Positions 20,076-29,284 of a stretch of DNA of 64,000 nt are shown piece by piece. How positions within the stretch are numbered: position 1 is the first letter of the stretch; each line of letters begins with the position of its first letter. The DNA comes from Patescibacteria group bacterium. GTDB taxonomy: Bacteria; Patescibacteriota; JAQUNI01. The stretch is from NCBI GenBank assembly GCA_028717685.1, contig JAQUNI010000002.1, positions 71,903 to 135,902 on the forward strand. The letters are read 5' to 3'. Made by a program: the position numbers and the translations under genes. The notes under the pieces are model-generated. The model searched no databases and was not told the origin of the DNA. It saw only the letters and a list, made by a program, of their open reading frames with translations.

Positions 20076-22340
20076 ATGAACAAAAAAATTATTTTGAAAA
20101 TTATAGGGATGCATTGCGCCTCTTGTGTGGCTAAGATTGAGAATACTTTAAAAAAAGAACAGGGGATCACTTCGGCGAGTGTTAATTTTCCTGCAGAAAA
20201 AGCTTATTTAGAATATGATTCCAGCAAGATTGATCTTCGCCAGATTCAAAAAATTATTGAAGGTTTAGGATATCATACCGCGAAAGAGACCGGCGGGGTA
20301 CAGCATAATCATCATCACGCAGTGGAGGCAGGGAACGTCAAAAAACGTTTTTTGCTAGCTCTCATTTTGAGTTTACCCATTCTCTATATGGTGATGGGAG
20401 AGATGCTTCATTGGCCAATGCCGATGGTTTTTGAAAATTATGGAATCTGGATTCAGTTTATTTTAGCCACTGCGATAATTTTGGCTTGTTGGAATATTTG
20501 GGTGAAGGGGTTTGAAGGTTTATTACGTCTTGCTCCCGATATGGATTCCTTGATTTTTATAGGCACAGCTACTGCTTATTTTTATAGCGTGGCGGTTTCT
20601 CTTTTTATCCTTTCAGGCAAAAATGCGGGGGCGCATCTTTATTATGAAAGCGCGGCTTTAATTTTAGTCTTTATCTCTTTAGGTAAATATTTTGAGGCAA
20701 TAACTAAAGGCAGAACCAGCGATGCAATTAAAAAACTAATTGGACTACAACCCCAAGAAGCGACCATTATAAAAGACAACGAGAAAATAAAAATTCCTAT
20801 CTTTAAGGTAAAGGTGGGGGATGTTATTTTGGTTAAACCTGGAGAGAAAATTCCGGTTGATGGAATTGTAGTGGATGGCTATTCCGCAGTTGATGAAAAA
20901 GCGATTACTGGCGAGAGCATTCCCATAGAAAAGAAGAAAGGCGATGAGGTGATTGGCGCCACGATCAATAAAACCGGGGTTTTGAAATTTCGGGCCAGCC
21001 GCGTCGGCAAGGATACAATGCTGGCCCAGATTATTAAAGTTGTGGAGGAAGCAATGGGGGCGAAGGCGCCGATTCAACTTTTAGCAGACAAGGTTGCTTT
21101 ATATTTTGTGCCGGGGGTGATTTGCATCGCCCTGCTGGCATTTATTATTTGGTTTGTGGCGGGACAATCTTTAGCTTTTGCGTTGTCGGTTTTTGTTGCA
21201 GTTTTAATTATTGCTTGCCCTTGTGCCTTGGGTTTAGCCACCCCCACCGCCGTGATGGTGGGCACGGGACTGGCTGCACAAAACGGAATTCTGATAAAAA
21301 GCGCCAAGGCGCTGGAGATGGCGCGCAAAGTCAACGTCGTTGTTTTTGATAAAACCGGCACGCTCACAAAAGGCGAACCGAAAGTGCAAGGAGTAATCAG
21401 TAACCCTAAATATGGTTACCCAGCTGAGAAAATTCTTAAATTGGCGGGGTCTCTCGCACAAAACTCCCATCATCCCTTGTCTAAAGCAGTATTTGAATAT
21501 GCTAGAAAGAAAAATATTGAATTTAAAAAATTAAAAAAATTTCAAGAGTTGCCCGGTAGGGGGATTATTGCAATATGCGAGCATAATTTATACATAGGGC
21601 TTGGCAATAAAAGATTATTATCTGAAAGAAAAATCGACACTTCCTTTGCGGATAGTTTAATGGAAAAAGGAATGGCTAGTATATATTTATTTGTTTTCCA
21701 TCACGATGAGAAAGTTATCGGGGCTATTTTATTAGCGGACGAAATAAAAAATTATACAAAACAAACGATAGAAATGCTCCGGCGCATGGGTAAAAAATCG
21801 GCCATGATTACCGGCGACAATAAGCGGGTGGCGGACGCCGTCGCTAAACAAGTTGGCATTGATTACGTTTTAGCCGAAGTCCTCCCACAAGATAAGGCGG
21901 GAGCAATTAGACAATTGCAAATGGGCGGAAAAATTGGAAATTGGAAATTAGAAATTAGAAATTCCCGCCAAGGGCGGGTTGTGGCTATGGTCGGTGACGG
22001 CATCAATGACGCGCCCGCTTTAGCCCAGGCGGATTTGGGCATCGCTTTGGGGGGCGGCACGGATATAGCAATGGAGACCGGGGAAATAATTTTGATTAAG
22101 GATGATATAAGGGATGTCGTGAAAGCAATTCTTTTGAGCGGATATGTTTTAAAAAAAATCAAGCAAAATTTGTTTTGGGCTTTCTTTTATAATATTGTCA
22201 GTATTCCTATAGCCGCGGGTATTTTTTATCCTTGGACAGGTTGGCTGTTAAACCCCGCGATCGCGGCGGCCGCAATGGCTTTTTCTTCGGTCAGCGTGGT
22301 TTTGAACGCGCTTTCAATGAAGAGATATAAAGCGCGATAG
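20076..22340 (+). CDS. copA: copper-translocating P1B-type ATPase
   Basis: [38 protein letters not shown]. The track ORF is extended upstream to 19998. Confidence 0.9.
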   Translation: MNKKIILKIIGMHCASCVAKIENTLKKEQGITSASVNFPAEKAYLEYDSSKIDLRQIQKIIEGLGYHTAKETGGVQHNHHHAVEAGNVKKRFLLALILSLPILYMVMGEMLHWPMPMVFENYGIWIQFILATAIILACWNIWVKGFEGLLRLAPDMDSLIFIGTATAYFYSVAVSLFILSGKNAGAHLYYESAALILVFISLGKYFEAITKGRTSDAIKKLIGLQPQEATIIKDNEKIKIPIFKVKVGDVILVKPGEKIPVDGIVVDGYSAVDEKAITGESIPIEKKKGDEVIGATINKTGVLKFRASRVGKDTMLAQIIKVVEEAMGAKAPIQLLADKVALYFVPGVICIALLAFIIWFVAGQSLAFALSVFVAVLIIACPCALGLATPTAVMVGTGLAAQNGILIKSAKALEMARKVNVVVFDKTGTLTKGEPKVQGVISNPKYGYPAEKILKLAGSLAQNSHHPLSKAVFEYARKKNIEFKKLKKFQELPGRGIIAICEHNLYIGLGNKRLLSERKIDTSFADSLMEKGMASIYLFVFHHDEKVIGAILLADEIKNYTKQTIEMLRRMGKKSAMITGDNKRVADAVAKQVGIDYVLAEVLPQDKAGAIRQLQMGGKIGNWKLEIRNSRQGRVVAMVGDGINDAPALAQADLGIALGGGTDIAMETGEIILIKDDIRDVVKAILLSGYVLKKIKQNLFWAFFYNIVSIPIAAGIFYPWTGWLLNPAIAAAAMAFSSVSVVLNALSMKRYKAR

Positions 22341-22436
22341 AGCCAGGTTTTGAACCAGTTTTAAAAACTTTTCAAAAACAAAAATCTTGTCCCCCGTGAG
22401 GGACAAGATTTTTTATCTTATTGAAGTTCTGATAGA

Positions 22437-22781
22437 TTACCAACCACGGTCTCTGTTGCCGCCGCCATATCCGCCTCTGTCGTCTCCGCGTCCGCCGCCA
22501 AAGCCGCCGCCGCCGCTTCTTCGCGGCCGATCGCTCATTGGTCTCGCTTCATCTATTCTTAGGCTGCGTCCGTCCAACTCTTGGCCATTTAAAGTTTCGA
22601 TCGCTTTCTGCGCGTCTTCGTCGCTTGCCATTTCCACGAATCCGAATCCCTTGGAGCGGCCAGACATTTTGTCTGTGATAATCATCGCTGATTCCACCGC
22701 GCCTGCTTGGGAAAAGAAATCTTTCAAGGTTTCCTCAGTGGTATTGTAGGACAAACCACCGACGTATAATTTTTTTGCCAT
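22437..22781 (-). CDS. RRM-domain glycine-rich RNA-binding protein
   Basis: KLYVGGLSY (RNP2), KGFGFVEM (RNP1), RGG/GGY tail. Shares a bidirectional hairpin terminator with copA at ~22385-22420. Confidence 0.8.
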   Translation of the reverse strand: MAKKLYVGGLSYNTTEETLKDFFSQAGAVESAMIITDKMSGRSKGFGFVEMASDEDAQKAIETLNGQELDGRSLRIDEARPMSDRPRRSGGGGFGGGRGDDRGGYGGGNRDRGW

Positions 22782-22972
22782 TTTGAGATTATTTTGCTTG
22801 ATTAAATTTTCGTAGGACGACTTAACTTCTCACTTGAGGTCTTTTATTTTGGAGAGACGCAAGATTTTACGTCTCTACTACTTTAGAAATACCACTTTGG
22901 AGAAAACCCTACTTATGTTTGTATTATAACATTATGTGTATAAAAAGGCAATAGTTTTTTAGAAACCTGCCT

Positions 22973-23680
22973 TTACTGCATTTCAAGATAATGTTGAATG
23001 CTTTTGCGGCAGCCGTCAGCTAAGTCAAGTTTTAATGCCTTTTCTGGCAGCACCCATTTAGCTTTGGATAATTCGTTTTTCTCTAATTTCAGTTTGCCCC
23101 TGACAAATTCAAAGAGACAATCATAATAAACAACATGGCTGGGACGGTGAAAATCCGGAGAGTTAATAAGTTCGTTGGAATCAATAATCTTAATTGGTTT
23201 TACTTTAAGACCTGTTTCTTCTTCCGCTTCTCTTTGCGCGCTAGCTAAGAGATTTTCGCCGGGCTCCAAATGGCCGCCGGGGAGAGTCCATTTGTTTGAC
23301 CATTTGGGCGAGCGGGCAATCAGGATTTCGCCCTTTTTATTTTTGATAATTGCCGTATTAACTATTTCTACGCCGCGGGGGAAATGATGATGCGAAGACA
23401 CAAGATTTTGCGTTTTCGCGAGTTCAAATTGAATGATTTGCAGACCATATTTTTTAATTTCTGTTTCTGAATGGAAAGGCAAGCCTTTTGTTTTCAAGAC
23501 ATAGGTCGCGCGTGTTTTAATCTCGCGTCCGGTGTATTTTTGAGTCTTTGGATCCCATTCCGCAAGAAGTAAAATATCGCCTTCTTTGATTTTAAAATCC
23601 GCTAAGCGCAATTCAAATTTTTTTCTGCCGCTCGCGATTTTTTCAAAATACGCTGGCCATGTTTTCTTTTTGATGGTCAT
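22973..23680 (-). CDS. DUF3850/ASCH-like domain fused to NUDIX hydrolase
   Basis: N-terminal YFEKIASGRKKFELRLADFKIKEGDILLL (DUF3850); C-terminal NUDIX box GGHLEPGENLLASAQREAEEETGL. Confidence 0.65.
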   Translation of the reverse strand: MTIKKKTWPAYFEKIASGRKKFELRLADFKIKEGDILLLAEWDPKTQKYTGREIKTRATYVLKTKGLPFHSETEIKKYGLQIIQFELAKTQNLVSSHHHFPRGVEIVNTAIIKNKKGEILIARSPKWSNKWTLPGGHLEPGENLLASAQREAEEETGLKVKPIKIIDSNELINSPDFHRPSHVVYYDCLFEFVRGKLKLEKNELSKAKWVLPEKALKLDLADGCRKSIQHYLEMQ

Positions 23681-23684
23681 AGGA

Positions 23685-24272
23685 TTAAATATATAAATTT
23701 TCTATGTTATTTCTATCCTTTTTCCAGTTCGGGGGATTGTCAATAATATATTCTTGAATTTGTTGCAGGGCGTGTTCATTACGAATAATGTGGTCATAGA
23801 AACGGGATTGTCATTGAAAATGTAGATGATTTTGATATTTGTTAATTTCACGTGTGCAAATTGATTTGTATGAACGAATAATAACCGATAGCGATTGTGG
23901 CTTGGGTGATATCATAGACATTTGGTAATTTTTTGGACGTTGTTTATTCCTATGGTAGAGACGTTGCATTGCAACGTCTCTACGCGGATTATTATAATAA
24001 TTGTGGTTGATTATAATAATCCCATGCATATGGTTCGGCATCACAATATATTCGTCCAAAATCGCAAACGGAAAATGTTTGGGAATTTCTCGCCAATATT
24101 TATCCACAACGATTCCTATTCTGGATAATTGTATTACATTATTAATGACCTGGCCAAAGCATTCTTTCCGCTCTTTTGTGCAAACGGTCACGAAATACGC
24201 TCCTTCCATTGAATAATCATATTCTTGCAGTCTGGCCGATTCTGCGCGGAATTTATCTTGAAATAATACCAT
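23685..24272 (-). pseudogene. REP-associated tyrosine transposase (RAYT, Y1 HuH) interrupted by an in-frame TGA at 23811-23813
   Basis: N-terminal ORF (23811-24272) has YFVTVCTKERKECFG and MPNHMHGIII (HuH). After the TGA the same frame continues QSRFYDHIIRNEHALQQIQEYIIDNPPNW (catalytic-Tyr motif) to a TAA at 23685-23687. The TGA sits where RAYTs have a conserved Trp (WQRxFYDH). Confidence 0.65.
23955..23983. repeat. 29-bp perfect palindrome GTAGAGACGTTGCATTGCAACGTCTCTAC (inside RAYT coding sequence)
   Basis: Read directly; encodes RRDVAMQRLY in the RAYT frame. A near-identical copy is at 25007-25031. Confidence 0.8.
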
Positions 24273-24313
24273 TTATTTGATTAGAATTTGCGTTTCATTT
24301 TCCTGACCGTTTA

Positions 24314-24373
24314 CCTCGTTAGAGAAAACCACAGTCAGTGGAAACCGTTGGAGAACGAAGTTCTCTAATGGGG
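24314..24373. repeat. REP-like hairpin (CCTCGTTAGAGAA ... GTTCTCTAATGGGG) immediately 5' of the RAYT gene
   Basis: Inverted repeat arms with a ~35-nt loop. Same family as 12381-12514, 48417-48493 and 39404-39470. Confidence 0.6.
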
Positions 24374-24374
24374 T

Positions 24375-24992
24375 TTATATTTTCCGCACAAAATAGCAAA
24401 GCCAATTTGTATCTTCTTCTTGATGAATATGGTTTCTTAAAATTTTAAATCCATTCTGTTCTAGAATTTTTTGGAATTCTACTTTAGTGTAAAAAGCGAA
24501 ATACCGTTCAATCCCGCCGTGTTTTTTTTCTTTGATGATGCCCTCGTCAAGATGTCTTTTTTCTTTGAGGGCGATAAATCCTATGCCTTGGGATTTGATA
24601 ATTTTTCTGATGGCGCGGAGGACCTTGGCGACGCGGCGTTTGGGGATATGCAGGAGGGAAGCAGCAGCCCAAAAGCCGTCAAAATGATTCTGGGGAAATT
24701 TCAATTTGTAGAAATTCATCAAAATAAATTTGCCGCTTTTTACGAACTTGCGCGCTTCGTGAAGCAATCCAGAAGAGGCATCAATGCCAATATAATCAAA
24801 TTTGTTCTTTATAAACAGCAATGCATCTTTGCCTGACCCGCATCCAATGTCTATAACCCTTTTCCCCGAAATCAATTTTTGAAAAATTTTAAATTCCCTG
24901 TGCCAAAAAAGCGGGTTATTATAACCGCGGGCGGCATATTCTTTGGCGATTTTATTGTATGTTTTAATTGTTCTTTGACTAGGGTTCAACAT
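24375..24992 (-). CDS. class I SAM-dependent methyltransferase
   Basis: VIDIGCGSGKD (motif I), GIDAS. Start taken at MLNPSQ; the track N-terminal extension reads through the palindrome. Confidence 0.7.
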   Translation of the reverse strand: MLNPSQRTIKTYNKIAKEYAARGYNNPLFWHREFKIFQKLISGKRVIDIGCGSGKDALLFIKNKFDYIGIDASSGLLHEARKFVKSGKFILMNFYKLKFPQNHFDGFWAAASLLHIPKRRVAKVLRAIRKIIKSQGIGFIALKEKRHLDEGIIKEKKHGGIERYFAFYTKVEFQKILEQNGFKILRNHIHQEEDTNWLCYFVRKI

Positions 24993-25006
24993 ATATATTG
25001 CCGCAT

Positions 25007-25031
25007 AGAGACGTTGCATTGCAATGTCTCT
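25007..25031. repeat. second copy of the AGAGACGTTGCATTGCAA(C/T)GTCTCT palindrome
   Basis: One mismatch relative to copy 1. Lies between the methyltransferase start and the CYTH gene stop. Confidence 0.75.
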
Positions 25032-25036
25032 GCCAA

Positions 25037-25603
25037 TCATTTCATTTTTTTTAAAAGCAAAACCGGGTATCCAGTTTTAATCTGTTGTTTTTGCCAATCT
25101 TTGATTCCTAATTTTTGGGTTAAAAAGCGAGCACAACCCGCTCTTGCTATTTTAGCATTTAAAAAATTGCCTTGGGCTTCCACTTCTATGAAAAAGCCGA
25201 GATTTTTGACTTGATCCAAAGCAATTTCGAAATCTTCACATTGCCAATATTCTCTTTGTTTATCAACAGTGACGATTTTTTTGAAATCCAAAAATTTTAG
25301 AATTTTTCTAAGGTTCTCGGGTTGTTTTACTTCTACTTCATATTCTTCAGCATAATCTTGGGCGCTATCTTTGCGGCAGACAATAGATTTGTCGTATTCA
25401 AAAATCGCGCTGTCGGGATTTTGCCTTACGCGGAGCCATTCAATGGGACAGGGTTTGCGCGCGAAAAAATCGCGGTGGCAGGGGACATAATATTCATCAA
25501 TTTGGCGCAGAGATTTTTTTAGACTGCCTCCAAGAGTCCTTAATTTTTTGCGCGCCATCTCCAGATTGTCAAATTGAATTTTGATTTCCACTTCAATATT
25601 CAT
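25037..25603 (-). CDS. CYTH-domain protein (CyaB-like class IV adenylate cyclase / triphosphate tunnel metalloenzyme)
   Basis: Starts NIEVEIKIQF (EXEXK signature). ~188 aa. Start taken at the internal Met. Confidence 0.55.
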   Translation of the reverse strand: MNIEVEIKIQFDNLEMARKKLRTLGGSLKKSLRQIDEYYVPCHRDFFARKPCPIEWLRVRQNPDSAIFEYDKSIVCRKDSAQDYAEEYEVEVKQPENLRKILKFLDFKKIVTVDKQREYWQCEDFEIALDQVKNLGFFIEVEAQGNFLNAKIARAGCARFLTQKLGIKDWQKQQIKTGYPVLLLKKMK

Positions 25604-25724
25604 ATGGATTATTATAACAAAAATCATAAAAAAGTGCGATTTTGCAATATTGGCAATGCAGTATATAATAAGAACATCAGACTAGAATTTGTAATGGAAT
25701 AAACTTTCTCTAATGAGGTAAAAT

Positions 25725-26696
25725 ATGAATATTATTGAAGTCCAAAATTTAACCAAGAGATTCGGCGAGGTTACAGCGGTTAACGACCTTTCTTTTAATG
25801 TCCAAAAAGGGGAAATTTTTGGTTTCTTGGGGCCTAATGGCGCGGGCAAGTCCACGACGATTAATATTCTCTCTACGCTCCTTGTTCCTACGAAAGGGAA
25901 GGCGTTTATCAATAATTTTAATGTTCTTTCGGAGAGGGACAAGGTGCGCAAATCCATAGGGCTCGTTTTTCAAGACCCTTCTTTGGACGATCATCTGACC
26001 AGCGAGGAGAATCTGCGTTTTCACGCCAAGCTTTATGGCGTGCCAAAAGAAGAGTATAAAAAACGGATGGAAGAAGTGTTGCGCCTCGTGGACCTTTGGG
26101 ACCGCCGCAAAGAAGTGGTCAAAAATTTTTCCGGGGGAATGAAGCGCCGTTTGGAGATCGCGCGGGGTTTAATCCATTATCCGCAAGTGCTTTTTTTAGA
26201 TGAGCCGACGATAGGTCTTGATCCTCAAACGCGGGCGCATTTTTGGGAATACATTTTGAAATTGAAAAAAGAGCGAGCAATGACCATTTTTATGACCACC
26301 CATTATATGAATGAAGCGGAATATTGCGACCGGATCGGGATTATTGATTATGGCAAGCTGGTGGCTCTAGACACGCCATCCAATTTAAAGAAGAAAGTGG
26401 GATGCGATATTATTGAAATGAAAAGTGGGGATAAAGAGAAATTAAAAGAAGAACTGCAAGCGCGATATCAAGCTAAGATTAAAGAAAAGGATCATATTTT
26501 GCAGATGGAAGTGCAAGACGGCGAAAGATTTTTGCCGCGTCTTTTTAATGAACTCACGACTAAGATTGACGCGATTGCGCTTCGCAAGCCCACTTTGGAG
26601 GATGTTTTTCTGCGCCTGACTGGCCGCGCCATTCGGGAGAGACAAGCATCTTCGCAAGAGCTGATGCGCGCTCGCGGTAGGATGCACAGACATTAA
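25725..26696 (+). CDS. ABC transporter ATP-binding protein (ABC-2 type)
   Basis: GPNGAGKST, LSGGMKRRLEIA, LFLDEPTIGLD. Confidence 0.85.
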   Translation: MNIIEVQNLTKRFGEVTAVNDLSFNVQKGEIFGFLGPNGAGKSTTINILSTLLVPTKGKAFINNFNVLSERDKVRKSIGLVFQDPSLDDHLTSEENLRFHAKLYGVPKEEYKKRMEEVLRLVDLWDRRKEVVKNFSGGMKRRLEIARGLIHYPQVLFLDEPTIGLDPQTRAHFWEYILKLKKERAMTIFMTTHYMNEAEYCDRIGIIDYGKLVALDTPSNLKKKVGCDIIEMKSGDKEKLKEELQARYQAKIKEKDHILQMEVQDGERFLPRLFNELTTKIDAIALRKPTLEDVFLRLTGRAIRERQASSQELMRARGRMHRH

Positions 26697-26722
26697 AAAA
26701 GCCCTATTAAAATAAAGCTTTT

Positions 26723-27505
26723 ATGTATTTTATTCAACCTATCATTACAATTTGGCAGCGCGAAATTATCCGCTATTGGCGGGATAAAACCAGGATTTTT
26801 TCTACTCTTTTCCAGCCTTTGATGTTTTTGGTGATTTTTGGCGCGGGTTTAGGCAGCACTTTGGCGCGGGGAGATTTTGGCGTGGATTTTATCCAGTTTA
26901 TGTATCCGGGGATTATCGCAATGAGCGTAATGGGAGTGGCGTTTTTTTCCACCATTTCCACGGTCTGGGATCGGGAATTTGGTTTTTTAAAAGAGATTTT
27001 GGTCGCTCCGGTTTCGCGCACGGCGATCGCGATTGGCAAAACTTTGGGGGCGACGACCATCGCCGCTTTGCAGGGGCTGATTTTATTGGTGATTGCTCCT
27101 TTCATTGGACTCAATTTGCATCTTGTGATGATTCCCGAGATTTTTTCATTAATGCTTCTTCTTTCTTTTGCCGTGGCGGGGATGGGTTTGTTTATTGCTT
27201 CTTTAATGAAGACTACGGAGAGCTTTGGACTTTTAATGCAGGTCTTGGTTTTCCCGATGTTTTTCCTTTCGGGTGCTTTCTTTCCACTGACGAGCGTGCC
27301 TAGCTGGATGATGGCTTTATCGCGCTTAAATCCCTTAACCTATGGCGTGGACGCGATGCGGCAGATTTTTTTGCATAACCATATCTCGCCCGAGGTCAGC
27401 CATCGCCTTATCCTGCACCCCATTTATATTAATGTATTGTTTTTAGTTGTCTTTTCCGCAGTTTTAGTCTCCGCCGCCGTGATCGCGTTTAACAAGAAGA
27501 ATTGA
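26723..27505 (+). CDS. ABC-2 family transporter permease
   Basis: 6-TM protein directly downstream of the ATPase. Confidence 0.75.
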   Translation: MYFIQPIITIWQREIIRYWRDKTRIFSTLFQPLMFLVIFGAGLGSTLARGDFGVDFIQFMYPGIIAMSVMGVAFFSTISTVWDREFGFLKEILVAPVSRTAIAIGKTLGATTIAALQGLILLVIAPFIGLNLHLVMIPEIFSLMLLLSFAVAGMGLFIASLMKTTESFGLLMQVLVFPMFFLSGAFFPLTSVPSWMMALSRLNPLTYGVDAMRQIFLHNHISPEVSHRLILHPIYINVLFLVVFSAVLVSAAVIAFNKKN

Positions 27506-27511
27506 CCCTAT

Positions 27512-27658
27512 GAATTACGAAATGCATTTTTGTCATTGCGAGGGAGGCATTTGATGCCGACCGAAGCAATCTCCTAAATCTATATAAATACAGCTCGATG
27601 AGATTGCTTCGTCGGGCTTAAAAAGCCCTCCTCGCAATGACGACGCATTTCGTAATTC
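27512..27658. repeat. compound palindromic MITE-like element, copy 2
   Basis: GAATTACGAAATGC...GTCATTGCGAGGGAGG...CCTCCTCGCAATGAC...GCATTTCGTAATTC. Same family as 7840-7965. Confidence 0.75.
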
Positions 27659-27773
27659 AAGGTACATAAAAAACAACCCCCGAGCTTTAGGGAGGTTGTT
27701 TTTTTATTTAAGACAAATCAAACAAAGATATAAAAAAGCGGCTGATGCTTAAGAGCCGCTATAGAGCAATTTA

Positions 27774-29006
27774 TTAATATTGGCATAAGATTTCCGGAGC
27801 GCACCCCATTTTGATATAGGGAAAATTTTTCTGGACAAAATCCATTCGTCTCGGATAATTTTTTTGCAGATAGGATGGGTTTAATGTAGATATCCGTACT
27901 GCTTCAGCTAAATCTTCATTAACAACATTTTCTGGTTTGTTTTTATAAATAACCGCTTGTCTTAAGACATAGTCTGTGACATATTTTTCTCTTAAGGGAC
28001 TGATTTCGGACTCAACAATGTTACTATATTGTCCGGTTGTTGTTTGTTCTAGAATACTGAATAGATGATGTCCAATTTCATGTCCGATGGTACTCAAGAT
28101 ATAAGCTTTCATTTTATCTTCTTCGGATTGAAGAGATATATTTTGCAGATAGTCGAAGTCAATTGATTTTTCTACTCCAAAACTAAGCAATATAATTTTG
28201 TTGTTGTTTGAATGACCAGCATGAGCGCGAGTTTTATAGATATGTTGCAATTTTTCCGGGCTATCCACTTTTTCTAAAATCATTGCCGCTTCTAAATATT
28301 TTTCTTTGCTTTCAGCTATAAATCCGAACTTTTGGTCATGAATTAAAATTCCACGTTCACAGAGATCATCAATTTGATTAAAAAGCTCTTTGTTATAACG
28401 CGTCCAAGCTATCTTGTATTGGTCACTTTTGGTAATTTTTCCCACCTTTAGCAGTCTAAGAATATCGGGAGTGAAGCTTCGCAGAAGAAATTCACGGATT
28501 AAGGAGTTTGGTATGGGATAATCTTGGGTTGTGTCAAATCCTTGAGCAATAGGACCGATGGTGAGTATTTCTTCAGCCTCTTTAAAATTATCTGCGGTGT
28601 TGCTTAGAATTAACTCCTCGACATATTTTTGAATTTCCAATACTCCCAGTGCGGTTTGATTTTGAATTGCAGAAACAATTAACTCAAGTTTTTTTTGTCT
28701 TTTTTCAAAGATTTGAGTTTCTTTATTATTGATTATCTTTAGTTCTGAGAGTATTTTTGCTCGCTTTATTTTTAGGACTAAGTTTTGGGAAGGATTTACC
28801 GAATAGCGATGGCGGAAATTATAGCCATATTTTTTTTCCGCTTCTACGATAGCTTGATAAGATTGGAGTAGGGACAGATTTGGATTCGCCGACATCGTTG
28901 CTTCCGCCATTGTTAAATATTTTTCTAGATCTTCGGTGGTTATATTTCTTTCATTATTTTCGATTGCAGTAATAACTTTCGCTTTTTCATTTTGCTGTTC
29001 GGACAT
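27774..29006 (-). CDS. HExxH zinc-metallopeptidase-like protein (ImmA/IrrE-like motif HEIGHH)
   Basis: 410 aa, cytoplasmic. ILSTIGHEIGHHLFSIL is the only recognisable motif. Confidence 0.45.
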   Translation of the reverse strand: MSEQQNEKAKVITAIENNERNITTEDLEKYLTMAEATMSANPNLSLLQSYQAIVEAEKKYGYNFRHRYSVNPSQNLVLKIKRAKILSELKIINNKETQIFEKRQKKLELIVSAIQNQTALGVLEIQKYVEELILSNTADNFKEAEEILTIGPIAQGFDTTQDYPIPNSLIREFLLRSFTPDILRLLKVGKITKSDQYKIAWTRYNKELFNQIDDLCERGILIHDQKFGFIAESKEKYLEAAMILEKVDSPEKLQHIYKTRAHAGHSNNNKIILLSFGVEKSIDFDYLQNISLQSEEDKMKAYILSTIGHEIGHHLFSILEQTTTGQYSNIVESEISPLREKYVTDYVLRQAVIYKNKPENVVNEDLAEAVRISTLNPSYLQKNYPRRMDFVQKNFPYIKMGCAPEILCQY

Positions 29007-29284
29007 TGTTAGCCTCCTTATGATATTTTTTGGAATTTAAGCCAATTTGGGGTGAGTTGGGAAAAGAACATTAAGAATAAAATGGATGGTTTCAAAACCA
29101 TCCATTTTATTTAACTTGTTTTTTCGTTCTTTGTCAATATTTTGCGAGACTTTAGCGAATAGTTATACGTTGATCTGTCGCAATTGCCAAACCTAAGGCT
29201 TGAGAAATACACTTTTTTCTGCCGTGCTTTTGCAGTATTTTAATCAAATCGTTAATTATTCCTCCCAATCATATTCCTAAAAGT

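Noticed and set aside
23811-23813. In-frame TGA in the RAYT as evidence of an alternative genetic code (UGA=Trp/Gly)
   Set aside because: Several well-supported genes in the window terminate at TGA with no sensible readthrough (helicase at 1405, ComEC N-part at 6908). Code 11 is therefore in use, and local pseudogenisation or leaky readthrough is more parsimonious.
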